The position numbers were made by a program, and so were the translations under genes. Below are positions 48,891-58,240 of a stretch of 64,000 nt of DNA, piece by piece (positions within the stretch are counted from its first letter, which is position 1; the number at the start of each line of letters is the position of its first letter). The stretch is from the IMG/VR virus record IMGVR_UViG_3300035208_005856, positions 1-64,000 of that record, one strand, 5' to 3'. Origin of the DNA: a virus. Lineage: Duplodnaviria; Caudoviricetes. The notes below the pieces were generated by a model, which was not told where the DNA came from, made no database searches, and was given only the letters and a program-made list of their open reading frames with translations.

Positions 48891-50353
48891 TAACCTTCTC
48901 TTCTCCTTTGTCTATTTCGTAAGGGGATGTCTTTTGAAAAAACTCGGAAAGATTGGCCTCTATGTTTCTATAATAAGCATCGTCAGACTCTAGTTTTGAG
49001 GCCGAAGATATAGCCACCTCATTTTGATAATCAAAAAACTTAATAACTATACAACCACTTGGTTTAAGTGGATCATAGGTTATTATCTTCCTTGCTGTTT
49101 GATCTCTCCATTCCTTTATCACGAGCCCTCTCCTCTCTTACTTTGTTTATAATAACTCTACGTCCATCGCATATATAGCCATGGGCCAAGGCATCTAATT
49201 CCATGGCTTTTATTATATCCTTGTGTCCGCAGTAAAAACAAGAGACTGGGACTGTCTCGTTGATTACTTTATTATATACCCTACTAACTCTTAAATAGTT
49301 TATAACCATAAAACCTAAGCCAGTACCCAACGCTATATAAAATATAGTGGCAATTATTTTAATAATAAAAATTAAAGTTATAAATCCAGGTATCCAATTA
49401 AGTGTTTCTGCCATGGCTTCCTCCTAAGTTTTTAAGTGTTGGCCTCTTTTTTCTATCTATCAAAGATATAAGTCTTTCCATCTTAATTATAAGCTGGTCA
49501 AAAGCAAAAGAAATTTTATCATTAATACTAACGCTATCATGAAGATATTTAATAACTTGATCTGCTTCTTTTTTAGTAAGTTCCCTTCCCTTGCCTTTAA
49601 TTAGGAATAGGGGGTCTATAAACGGAAGATTAAGTTGATTTTTCATATCTATTCTCCTTTATCAAAGGTATCTTTACAAAATTTACATCTCTTGGGGTTG
49701 TCAAACTCTCCCATTTCGTCCGATTTATCAGAAAAGGGACAGTCCCAATATAGATCATCAATCATTTCTAAAAAAGAACAGGATCTATCACAAATATTGT
49801 CATCTTCTATCTCTATATTTGAAGATATAAAATCCAGAAAATTGGTTATATTCTTTATTATAGTCATTTAAGCCTGTCCTTTCCTAATTTGTCTAGTAAC
49901 TTACTAGCCTTATAATAATCAGGCATAGGTAGTATAACGCTAACAATTCTAGATCCTATTCCCCAGAAAGATATAAAAGAGTGGTCAAGTTTAAAGCTAA
50001 TTTTGGCCCTTGACTTCTTTGGTTCTGGCGGATTAATTGGCTCGTCGGTAATAAAAATAGATATTATATTGGTTATTAACTCGAAATCTATCAGAAACTC
50101 AATATCCCACAGCCTGTGAAGGATATGCCCAGATATTATCCTCTTGCTTGAGTTGTAAATCATTTGATAAAATAGGTAGTAAGTAAAAAACAATTCAGGC
50201 AAGAGACCGGATAAAAGCAAATAATTTTGGGTGGGGATGTGCATGGTATATTTAGCCATAAGCCAGCCCCTTGCCTTTAGCTCTTGTTTTTTTTGCTTGG
50301 CATTGGCCTTGCGCTTATAGTATTTAACTTTTTTTCTTTTGTATTTCTTTTTT

Positions 50354-50986
50354 TTAGGTGTTATTGCCAAGGGCCGGCTCCTGCTTGGTTGTTAACAACA
50401 GTATTTCGTTATTTAAGATTTTTTTAATATATTCAATGCCTTCTTTGTTCTGGGTTTTTGTTCCTTTTATTTCTTTCTTAGGAGAACTAAAGTCATAATA
50501 GCCTTCTACTAATGGTTTTAGTTCTGGAAGTGTCTCCAATAACTTATTAGAACTCGTAAATTGTTTTATAGTTCTTTCTATTTGTCTAGCCTTAGATAGG
50601 TAGAAATCTTCTAACTCTTTCCTTTCTTTTTCTAATGAACGAATAACCGATAACTCAATCTTTGTCATCTTGGGTAGTAAATCGTCATGTAAAGAAGATG
50701 GAAATGTAATACTCCTCTCATTGTATAAAAAGACTTGTTCTTTCTTGCCTTCTACATTAAAATATATTGAATATTGAGATTTGTTTACTTTCCATTTTTC
50801 TAAAACCAGCCTATCTTCTTCTGGAATAAGTAGTTTTAATTTTTCGTTAACCATATCGTATATCTGTTGACTAACTTCTTTCTTTTTTGTATTAACCTCG
50901 ACCTCTACTTTTTGTTTTAATAAGGTTGTTAACCACCTCTTAAACCTAGCATCAAGCCTGACGCTTCTTAATTTTGTCTCTGACAT
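50354..50986 (-). CDS. Nmad5-like (nucleotide-modification-associated) protein
   Basis: N-terminal RL, C-terminal IKQFTSSNKLLETLPELKPLV resembling the Nmad5 T...LLE.WPE motif. Confidence 0.45.
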   Translation of the reverse strand: MSETKLRSVRLDARFKRWLTTLLKQKVEVEVNTKKKEVSQQIYDMVNEKLKLLIPEEDRLVLEKWKVNKSQYSIYFNVEGKKEQVFLYNERSITFPSSLHDDLLPKMTKIELSVIRSLEKERKELEDFYLSKARQIERTIKQFTSSNKLLETLPELKPLVEGYYDFSSPKKEIKGTKTQNKEGIEYIKKILNNEILLLTTKQEPALGNNT

Positions 50987-51868
50987 GAAAAGACCTCCTT
51001 TACTTTGTTTTATTAAAAACAGCAGTTCCTAATCCCCATCCAATAATAATAGATACGAGAAGAATAACAGTTCTAAGTGATTCGATTACAGTATCTAATT
51101 GCACTGATAGGTGTTCCATTAACTATCTCCTTTTATTGTCTACATATCTCATGACTAAGCCCATAACCGTGAACACAACTATATAAATTATAGTTGCTGA
51201 TATAATAAATAACACAACATCTACCATAACTTACATACCCCGTAGATTAGGTCCATGGTCAATAACGCTTCCCCATATTCCTCTATTTTTATAACATTTA
51301 GCGTAGGGATTGTTTGTTTAACAACCGCACAATGTTTTGATCCATAAAGAGGGCCTAAGTTACTTTTTTTCATTATAGTATGATTTATTATATGACGACT
51401 TAATCCACAAGAGATATTTATTAAATATTTTCTGTAATCCTCTTCAGAATCTAGTTGCTCTAGATTTAAGAACTCGGCAATATGGACCCACTTATTTATG
51501 CAACAGTATGCTCTTTTAAAATCTAATGGCAGCGTTATTGGTTTAATACTATTTGCTTCTATCATGCTCCTAGTAAGCCATAATCTTTTATCGGGTCTTA
51601 GTGTATCAAGATTTATAAAACTTACATCTGTCCAGCTGCTAAGTTCTTTAACTCTCTTATCTTGACAAGAAGCTATTTCTGTTCTAAGTTGTTGTACAGC
51701 CGGAGGCAATTCCTTTTTCTCAAAAATCTTATCCCTAAATGGATTAGTCATCATCTTTTTATTATCCTTTTCCTATTAAGTACCCCAAATGTATTATTTC
51801 TAATTATAACCCATGAGCCTAGAAAATAGTTCATGTTATTAACTTTTGTAAATTTTATTTTTAGGGAC

Positions 51869-51898
51869 TTGTAATACTTTGGGGGTATATGCTATAGT
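51869..51898 (+). promoter_or_regulatory. Antisense sigma70 promoter
   Basis: TTGTAA-18 nt-TATAGT with TGn extension, in a non-coding gap of the - arm. Confidence 0.6.
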
Positions 51899-51904
51899 AA
51901 AAGA

Positions 51905-52062
51905 ATCGAAATTTCATTTTTTTAATCCTTCGATGGGCTACAAATTCCTCCTTGACTAATGTGTGTGTCTCTCGGCCCATCTTTTATTAACGGTAATCGA
52001 ACACAGAGCAATAAAAAGAAACATTTCATCCCCCATATCCTTACAAGGGTATGGATTTTTTT
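51905..52062 (+). ncRNA. Candidate ~160-nt small RNA with anti-RBS segments
   Basis: Bounded by a promoter and an intrinsic terminator; stem GATGGGC/GCCCATC presents TTCCTCCTT in its loop. Confidence 0.55.
52033..52062 (+). terminator. Intrinsic terminator of the candidate sRNA
   Basis: CCATATCCT-taca-AGGGTATGG followed by aTTTTTTT. Confidence 0.65.
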
Positions 52063-52083
52063 ATTTGGCGAAAAAAGAGCAAC

Positions 52084-52120
52084 AAAAAAAGCGGTAGTCA
52101 CCTATGTTATAGACTACCGC
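52084..52120 (-). terminator. Intrinsic terminator after tail tube gene
   Basis: GCGGTAGTC/GACTACCGC 9-bp stem followed by T7 on the - strand. Confidence 0.8.
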
Positions 52121-52138
52121 AGAGAAAAGGGGTACTTT

Positions 52139-53077
52139 TTAGTACTGTTGACAAACTACAGATTGTAGTTCGTTTAACAAGTCATCAGGGACTTGTTTGA
52201 TTGTAATTGGAACTTCAGGTTTAGCTGTTTTTCCACCACCTATTGTGCTGTCAGTTGTTTCGCATTCGGCACAAGGGATAAAATAAACATCTACTTTACC
52301 AGAGTCACCAGATGGAAGATGTACTTCTAGTGGCAAGTATTTAGCAATACCGGCTCCAGCGAAGCCTTCCCACTTTGTTTTAACACCAGCCAAATTGGTA
52401 TATAGTGCACCGTTTACTAACGCCATGGCATAGTCGTCGTGCCCAATGAGTTTGGATGTGAAACTAATATTTACACCAGACACTACGTCATAGTCACCAG
52501 AGTGGGCTGGTGTCATTGTTACTTTTTGTTTGGCGTTGACTTTTTGAGTTTCGTCGGTTGTGTCAGGTAATGAATTTCTTTTGATTCCGTAGGCATTTAC
52601 AGAGTATAATGCTTTTGCAGCTACGTCAGCGGCTAACAGGGCGTTACTAGATGCTTTGTAATACACTGGGATATCAGGTGTACTTTGAGTTTGTGCAGCT
52701 CTGTTTGCTGGTAACTGTGGGAAGAAAACTGAAGCTTGGCCGTTAATAAATACTATTACGCCAAGTACTTTTGCTGGCATAATAACATTATTAAGTAGTA
52801 TTCCTTTTGCACCTGTACCTAGTGTGTGGCTTACTGGATTGTTTTTAGCGGTAATAGCCAACCCGCCATGAAGAGTATCCATTCCCAAATAAGCTAATTC
52901 TACCGTAACAACGTCCCCATCGGCTAGTCTTACTCCTGGTCTTTCTTTGTCAGGATCAGTTGTTAGGTCTGTAATAGTAGCACTTGCCAAGTCGGCAGGT
53001 GGTGTTAAAGGGGTGGCATCTGGTGTATAATAAAATATGTTTCCGCCGCCCGGAATTGCTTGGTTCTGCATTGTCAT
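52139..53077 (-). CDS. Major tail (tube) protein
   Basis: Position after head-tail genes, strong RBS, downstream terminator, beta-rich tube-like C-terminus. Confidence 0.65.
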   Translation of the reverse strand: MTMQNQAIPGGGNIFYYTPDATPLTPPADLASATITDLTTDPDKERPGVRLADGDVVTVELAYLGMDTLHGGLAITAKNNPVSHTLGTGAKGILLNNVIMPAKVLGVIVFINGQASVFFPQLPANRAAQTQSTPDIPVYYKASSNALLAADVAAKALYSVNAYGIKRNSLPDTTDETQKVNAKQKVTMTPAHSGDYDVVSGVNISFTSKLIGHDDYAMALVNGALYTNLAGVKTKWEGFAGAGIAKYLPLEVHLPSGDSGKVDVYFIPCAECETTDSTIGGGKTAKPEVPITIKQVPDDLLNELQSVVCQQY

Positions 53078-53382
53078 TTTTAGGTTTCTCCTTTTCCTAG
53101 TCCTAGTTCTAGTTAGTCGTATATTCTATTGAGTATTTTTGGCTTTGGCATAAGTCTTAATCTTTCAGCTTCTGGAACTACGCTCTTAATCAGGTACGCA
53201 ACTATTTGATAGATATGATACTCGTCATGTATTCTATTATTATAGTTATCTATTTTAAAACCTGATTCTGGATGATAACAACCATCAGAGTCTATGTCCA
53301 AAAGACCATAGGGCGTAGATATTTGGAACCCCGCATAATTTTTGCCAACAAATATTTTTTCGTTTTTGAAATTTTTCATGAG

Positions 53383-53967
53383 CTACTGAACTACCTCGTA
53401 TATTTGCATATTAAATTCGCAAATAAGTTTTCTGTGATTCCAAGAACTGTTATCCTGAATCTCTACTGGATTTATGGTTATAGACTCCATTCCCTTGACA
53501 GGATTCTCAAACTTACGTACCGTAGAGCAGGTATAGGCTGGATTACATATAAATATGCTCTTAATCCTATTAACTATGCTTGCTACTAATTGAGATGTAT
53601 CTGCCATGGCGTCAGTGTATACGTCTATTGTCACTCTTCCTTCATGCCATCCGCTATTAGATGCCAATTTACAATCCGGGCAATCTATAATAATTATAGG
53701 CAGATCAGTTTTTTGCAAGTTATTTTCTTCAGCCTTGTCCTTTTTTTGAAAATATTTTATATGTTTTTCTGCCCATATTTTATTACCATTGGGGTCGACG
53801 TTTCCTGACGTTTCTTTACACAGGGTTCTTAGACTTTGATAATGATAATCTTCTAACCCGGATGAAGTAAAAGAAGGATATTTTGCTTGAAGTTTAGTTA
53901 TGGCCGTGGCGGCTAATATATCAGTCTCGTCCACTTCCAGTATTTTAAAGACTGCTCTTGTTATCAT
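53383..53967 (-). CDS. Tail terminator/completion protein
   Basis: Synteny; LPIIII...VTIDVY pattern. Confidence 0.55.
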   Translation of the reverse strand: MITRAVFKILEVDETDILAATAITKLQAKYPSFTSSGLEDYHYQSLRTLCKETSGNVDPNGNKIWAEKHIKYFQKKDKAEENNLQKTDLPIIIIDCPDCKLASNSGWHEGRVTIDVYTDAMADTSQLVASIVNRIKSIFICNPAYTCSTVRKFENPVKGMESITINPVEIQDNSSWNHRKLICEFNMQIYEVVQ

Positions 53968-53968
53968 C

Positions 53969-54304
53969 CTATACCACCTCCTCTACTACCAATGTAACTT
54001 GATGTGAGCCATTAAAAGGTTTTGGGTCGCTGATTATTTTAAACCTTTGACCGTTGTCCTTTCTCTTTACCAAATATTTTTCATCAAGGGCCAGAGGATC
54101 GTTAAGGATTATTTGATAAGTTTCTTTTTGATTTTGCATCATGCCCCGTGCTTCGTTCATTTTCTTAAATTGCTCAGGCAAATTCCCTTTTAGGGTTATA
54201 ACATAATTCTCTACGTTAAATGCCTTTGCGTCTGCTACCAGGTCATCAATGCATTTATATACATCGTATAAATATAGGTTTTCACTAGACTGTAGTATGT
54301 GCAT
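53969..54304 (-). CDS. Head closure (stopper) protein
   Basis: Synteny; ~110 aa with NGQRFKIISDP...H. Confidence 0.5.
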   Translation of the reverse strand: MHILQSSENLYLYDVYKCIDDLVADAKAFNVENYVITLKGNLPEQFKKMNEARGMMQNQKETYQIILNDPLALDEKYLVKRKDNGQRFKIISDPKPFNGSHQVTLVVEEVV

Positions 54305-54313
54305 AAAACTACC

Positions 54314-54925
54314 CTACCTTAATGCACTAAGTATTGATTGCTCAACTACTTCATGCTTTCTATATCTTTGAGTTATTTGGGCTTGAGACATTGTTTCTAA
54401 TTCAATTCTAGCCTGATCTTTTCTCTTTAATAGATAATGTAATACAAGTTCTATGCACACGTCCTTAAACGTAATGGGCATGTCGCTAAAAACAAATCCA
54501 TAATCAAGCACGACGGTTACTGACGTGGGGTATATCATACAACCCTTCTGGTTTGACCATACACCGGATCTAAATTTAATTTTGCCGTTAGGATATAAAT
54601 CAACTATATCAGTTGCCATGTTAACGCCAGCAAAATTTAGATCGGTAGTAGATATACTCGTCAAATTACTTGGGTATTTGTGACCAATCCAGCCCGCTCC
54701 TGAATCAGGATTTATCGGGACAAGAATAGTTTGACCCACAGCCTTTGGCCATAGTCTAGTATATTTATATATTCTGATGCTTGCTTGATTAATGACAGTC
54801 TGAAGGACATTAAGTGACAATACGCCATAAGTAGAATAATAGTCATAAGCTGATATTCTATCGCTAAAATCAGTCTGCTCCGAAGAATCAGATAGATCAA
54901 AAATAGGTCTTGGTGTAGTTGTCAT
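54314..54925 (-). CDS. Head-tail adaptor protein
   Basis: Synteny; VTVVLDYGF...MPITFKDVCIELV. Start moved to ATG 54925 (GGGG RBS) because the upstream in-frame extension overlaps a stem-loop. Confidence 0.6.
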   Translation of the reverse strand: MTTTPRPIFDLSDSSEQTDFSDRISAYDYYSTYGVLSLNVLQTVINQASIRIYKYTRLWPKAVGQTILVPINPDSGAGWIGHKYPSNLTSISTTDLNFAGVNMATDIVDLYPNGKIKFRSGVWSNQKGCMIYPTSVTVVLDYGFVFSDMPITFKDVCIELVLHYLLKRKDQARIELETMSQAQITQRYRKHEVVEQSILSALR

Positions 54926-54967
54926 TATACTTTCCCCATTATATTTATATTTAGTAAATATCTCAGT

Positions 54968-55000
54968 AGTATGGAGCTGGATAAAAATCCAGCCCATACT
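54968..55000 (-). other. Intergenic stem-loop after capsid/decoration genes
   Basis: AGTATGG-A-GCTGGA / TCCAGC-CCATACT, no U-tract; likely an mRNA-stabilising or attenuating hairpin. Confidence 0.5.
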
Positions 55001-55012
55001 TCAATTATCGTA

Positions 55013-55462
55013 TTATACGCCTACGGTTAATACAGGTTTACATACGTATGTTTTAGCACTGTCTACTGCAACATCGCCAAAAGCTACATCGCAATAACCA
55101 AGGTATGTGTATAAATAATGGTTTTCTCCGTCGCCATTTACAGCATTTACATCTGCGTCCATGAACGCTCCAGCTAAATCTAGGGCGGTAATAGCAACGC
55201 CTTCTGCTGTTCTGAAGACTGAATATGTTCCAGGCGCACTATTTAACATACGTAAATAGTTTCTAACTACGTTTCCTGATCCGGCAGGGGCAGCTACAGC
55301 AATACTTGTATCTGCTGCAACGTATTTAGGGCCTGCACTATGTTTTACATCAACGACTCCTTCGCTGATATTTAATGTAAGTCCGGCCCCCGGACTTACA
55401 TTCATGCCTTCCTTAACGTGGGTGTGGGAAGAACCCACAATTCTTAAATCGCTATTAACCAT
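55013..55462 (-). CDS. Putative capsid decoration protein
   Basis: Directly after MCP, strong RBS, small Ala/Val/Gly-rich beta protein. Confidence 0.5.
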   Translation of the reverse strand: MVNSDLRIVGSSHTHVKEGMNVSPGAGLTLNISEGVVDVKHSAGPKYVAADTSIAVAAPAGSGNVVRNYLRMLNSAPGTYSVFRTAEGVAITALDLAGAFMDADVNAVNGDGENHYLYTYLGYCDVAFGDVAVDSAKTYVCKPVLTVGV

Positions 55463-55541
55463 TGTATTTTACTCCTTTTGTAATTTAGTATTGTTTTGCT
55501 TTTTGTTTAATTTTTTTAGCTTTTATCTGCTGCTTTTAGTT

Positions 55542-56804
55542 TTAGTTGAGGCCTGAGATTAAAGCCATTTTAATTTGGTCTCTTACTTGAGTAGACATGG
55601 TATCGAATACTTGGTGGAGGGTTGCCCATCCATCAGAATCTATACTAACTATAGCGAAAGGACCTACTCCACCACCAAATGTTGGAAGGTTCATAGATAC
55701 AGGTTGAATTCCTCCAGGAATATATAATAAGGCGGCGTTAGCTAGAGCTGCACATCCTTCTAAGTAAATAACTGGAATTATTTGTCCGCTACGGGCGATA
55801 AAGAATGTAGAGAAAGGAACTGTTCCTATGCGACCTTGGATTGGACCGGTATATAATTCGGTCTGGTTTCTGCCAGGTGCTTTTGTTTTTAAGATGTCAT
55901 CTATCTTAGTAATTTGAGCGCCTGAGCTCGTAGCTAAAACGTAAGGGGATCTACCGTATTTTGATGTAATAGGCAGTAAAATATTGTCGTTAAATACAGC
56001 CTCGGTGATATCCGCATGACCCACAACTAAGTTTGTCATTTGTTGGATTACACCAGCTGGGGTATAGATAGGGCCTACTGCATTTTCTGTACAATCTAAG
56101 GTTGCTTCGTCTCTTACTCTACGCAGATAATTATACTTTCTAATAACTGCCATCTCAGCTTCCGGCTGATAACCCATGTTAAGTCTCAAGCTTTCTGCTA
56201 CGTTTCCAATTCTATTGGCACTTCCGAAGAAGCCTATAGTATTGGTTTTTTCAGCTTGTACAGCGTCACTGTCTTTTGGCCCTCTGTTTGGGTTGAAGAA
56301 TGCATCTTTTGTAGATGCTGGATAGTTGTCTTCAAACCATTTAGTTCTAAGATCTTGGCACATTACTGGTGCTAAACCAGGCAATGTATCTAAAAATGGT
56401 GTTTGATCAGTGGTAATACTTACAAAAGCATGACTTACGTCTATAATTCTAATTTGGGCGGTTGATCCGATATTAAAATCTTTATTAACGGACTGACCAA
56501 TAAATTCTTTAAATACCGAAATAGTTTTATCCCCAACTCTTTCGTCTCTCATATTGTTAATGATATTGGCCACTGAATCTATGGAGGCCAATGCTTTCAT
56601 TGTGGCTTTCACTTTTTCGTCAGAGATTAATTCTGATTTAGTGCCCATAAGAGACTTAAATACTGCAATTTCTTCTTTGCCGGACAATACGCTTTTAGCG
56701 GATTTTTTAGCGATATTGAAATCCTCGTCTTTTTGAAAGATAGCAGCACTAGAAAGTGTCTTGCTGATTAAGCCCGGGGTTGGCATTGTGTTTAAATTAG
56801 TCAT
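55542..56804 (-). CDS. Major capsid protein (HK97 fold)
   Basis: Follows protease/scaffold; TPFLDTL...KWFED...N.I..F pattern of SU10/DUF5309-like MCPs. Confidence 0.75.
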   Translation of the reverse strand: MTNLNTMPTPGLISKTLSSAAIFQKDEDFNIAKKSAKSVLSGKEEIAVFKSLMGTKSELISDEKVKATMKALASIDSVANIINNMRDERVGDKTISVFKEFIGQSVNKDFNIGSTAQIRIIDVSHAFVSITTDQTPFLDTLPGLAPVMCQDLRTKWFEDNYPASTKDAFFNPNRGPKDSDAVQAEKTNTIGFFGSANRIGNVAESLRLNMGYQPEAEMAVIRKYNYLRRVRDEATLDCTENAVGPIYTPAGVIQQMTNLVVGHADITEAVFNDNILLPITSKYGRSPYVLATSSGAQITKIDDILKTKAPGRNQTELYTGPIQGRIGTVPFSTFFIARSGQIIPVIYLEGCAALANAALLYIPGGIQPVSMNLPTFGGGVGPFAIVSIDSDGWATLHQVFDTMSTQVRDQIKMALISGLN

Positions 56805-56807
56805 TGT

Positions 56808-58076
56808 CTATTCTCCATCTAAATCTAAAGTAAAATTGATTAAATTTTCCTGAGCTGACTCAGTAAGTTTTAAACCTTCCGATACTATGGCGTGGGCAGG
56901 TGTTCCCTTTTCTTTTGCAACTGTTAAAAGCTTAAGTTCTGTACTCTGTTCGTTTAAAGCTTTTTGAAGGGCTTCAAGCGCTTTTTCTGCGGCTTCTACT
57001 CTATCGGTAATAGCCTTAAATGATTCAGCGGTTGCAGAGCCTTTAGTTATTTCAGTACTCATTTCTTCCATTTTTTTCTGAAGGGCTTCAACTGATTCCT
57101 TTAGCTCCTTAGCATCTTTTTTAGCCGCTTCCTCTTCTTCTTTCTTCTCTTGAAGAAGTTTGTCCTTTTTGTTTTTTTCTTCTAAGTCCTTAGCCTCTTT
57201 ATCGGCCAAGTCTTTGGCCGCTTGTTCGGCCTCTAATTTTTTTTCGGCTTCGGTTTTGGTTTCTTGCATCCCATTGTTTTCTCCTACTGGTTTTGCTGTC
57301 ATTGACTTCTCCTTAATCTCAAACAAGGAATCCTGAATTTCATAAAAATCCTTATTCTCTATTACCACTTTTTTATTTAATGCCTCGTTGGCTGTAAGTA
57401 TTTTTTTTGAGCCTATGTTTTTTTGATCACTACCCATGTTTTGTTGTTGACTGCCATCAAATGCCTTCAAACTACCGGCTCTTGGTTGAGCGGGAATAGC
57501 CACGTTAGAAAGTTCAAGGTTTTCTTTTATGTCGTCAAATATCATATAACACATGCCTTCGTCGTATTCTCTTCCAGGCATATGAGGACATAAGAAATTC
57601 CCGTCAGAATCACGGCACAAAATAGGTTCGCCACATATTGAACACATCAGGTCATCAAGGGTATAACTAAAGCCTACAGAAACTTTATAGTCTATTCCTG
57701 CGTCCATTAACGTAATAAAACTTTTGTTTTCGTCCGTTAACACTGTGTATTCAAGGGCCTCGCAATACTCGTATGGAGGTGCATCTGGCTCTTGGTTATA
57801 ACCTTTGCCTTGTGATTTATCTATTACCGTCTTAGAATCAAAAATCCTTCCCCATGGAGCTCCATAATAACCCCAGTGGCTAATTAAGGCGGCATTGTCC
57901 TTCATTGTGGCTGCCATGGTCTGTAGGGCTTTATGGCTCAGGACTTGCATGTGTCTGTCAAGAAGATTGTCACATGCCCTGCGTTTAAAAACATAGACAT
58001 TTTCTATGGGAATACTTTCATCTAGAAGACAATTTTGTTGAATAAGTTTATACTGTTCTGGGGTTGCCCTTGGCAT
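56808..58076 (-). CDS. Prohead protease fused to coiled-coil scaffold
   Basis: CDNLLDR, ISH, VSVGF, CSICG...CPH.PG, ELSNVAIPAQP, then a Lys/Glu coiled coil. Confidence 0.8.
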   Translation of the reverse strand: MPRATPEQYKLIQQNCLLDESIPIENVYVFKRRACDNLLDRHMQVLSHKALQTMAATMKDNAALISHWGYYGAPWGRIFDSKTVIDKSQGKGYNQEPDAPPYEYCEALEYTVLTDENKSFITLMDAGIDYKVSVGFSYTLDDLMCSICGEPILCRDSDGNFLCPHMPGREYDEGMCYMIFDDIKENLELSNVAIPAQPRAGSLKAFDGSQQQNMGSDQKNIGSKKILTANEALNKKVVIENKDFYEIQDSLFEIKEKSMTAKPVGENNGMQETKTEAEKKLEAEQAAKDLADKEAKDLEEKNKKDKLLQEKKEEEEAAKKDAKELKESVEALQKKMEEMSTEITKGSATAESFKAITDRVEAAEKALEALQKALNEQSTELKLLTVAKEKGTPAHAIVSEGLKLTESAQENLINFTLDLDGE

Positions 58077-58135
58077 ATTAATCTCCTTTGTTTTATCGCT
58101 ATTGATTTATTTTGTTTGAAACATAACGCCGCTTG

Positions 58136-58240
58136 CTATCTTCCTTTTTTTTGCTTCTGATTTGCTTTGGTCTGTGTAGGTTTTTGCCCATTGCTCTTTT
58201 TCTGATTTTTGTCCTTGCCCTTGTTCTTGTTTCCTGCCAT
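58136..58240 (-). CDS. 34-aa Lys-rich peptide between portal and protease
   Basis: MAGNKNKGKDKNQKKSNGQKPTQTKANQKQKKGR; TAATG coupling to the portal stop; AAGGAG upstream. Confidence 0.4.
   Translation of the reverse strand: MAGNKNKGKDKNQKKSNGQKPTQTKANQKQKKGR

Noticed and set aside
51860-52030. - strand micro-ORFs as a type I toxin paired with the antisense RNA
   Set aside because: The peptides (18-35 aa) lack a convincing TM helix and lie just downstream of a terminator with no clear promoter; kept only as the alternative to the sRNA model.
51959-52168. + strand 69-aa ORF
   Set aside because: It runs through two terminator hairpins, lacks an RBS and overlaps the tail tube gene end; better explained as non-coding.
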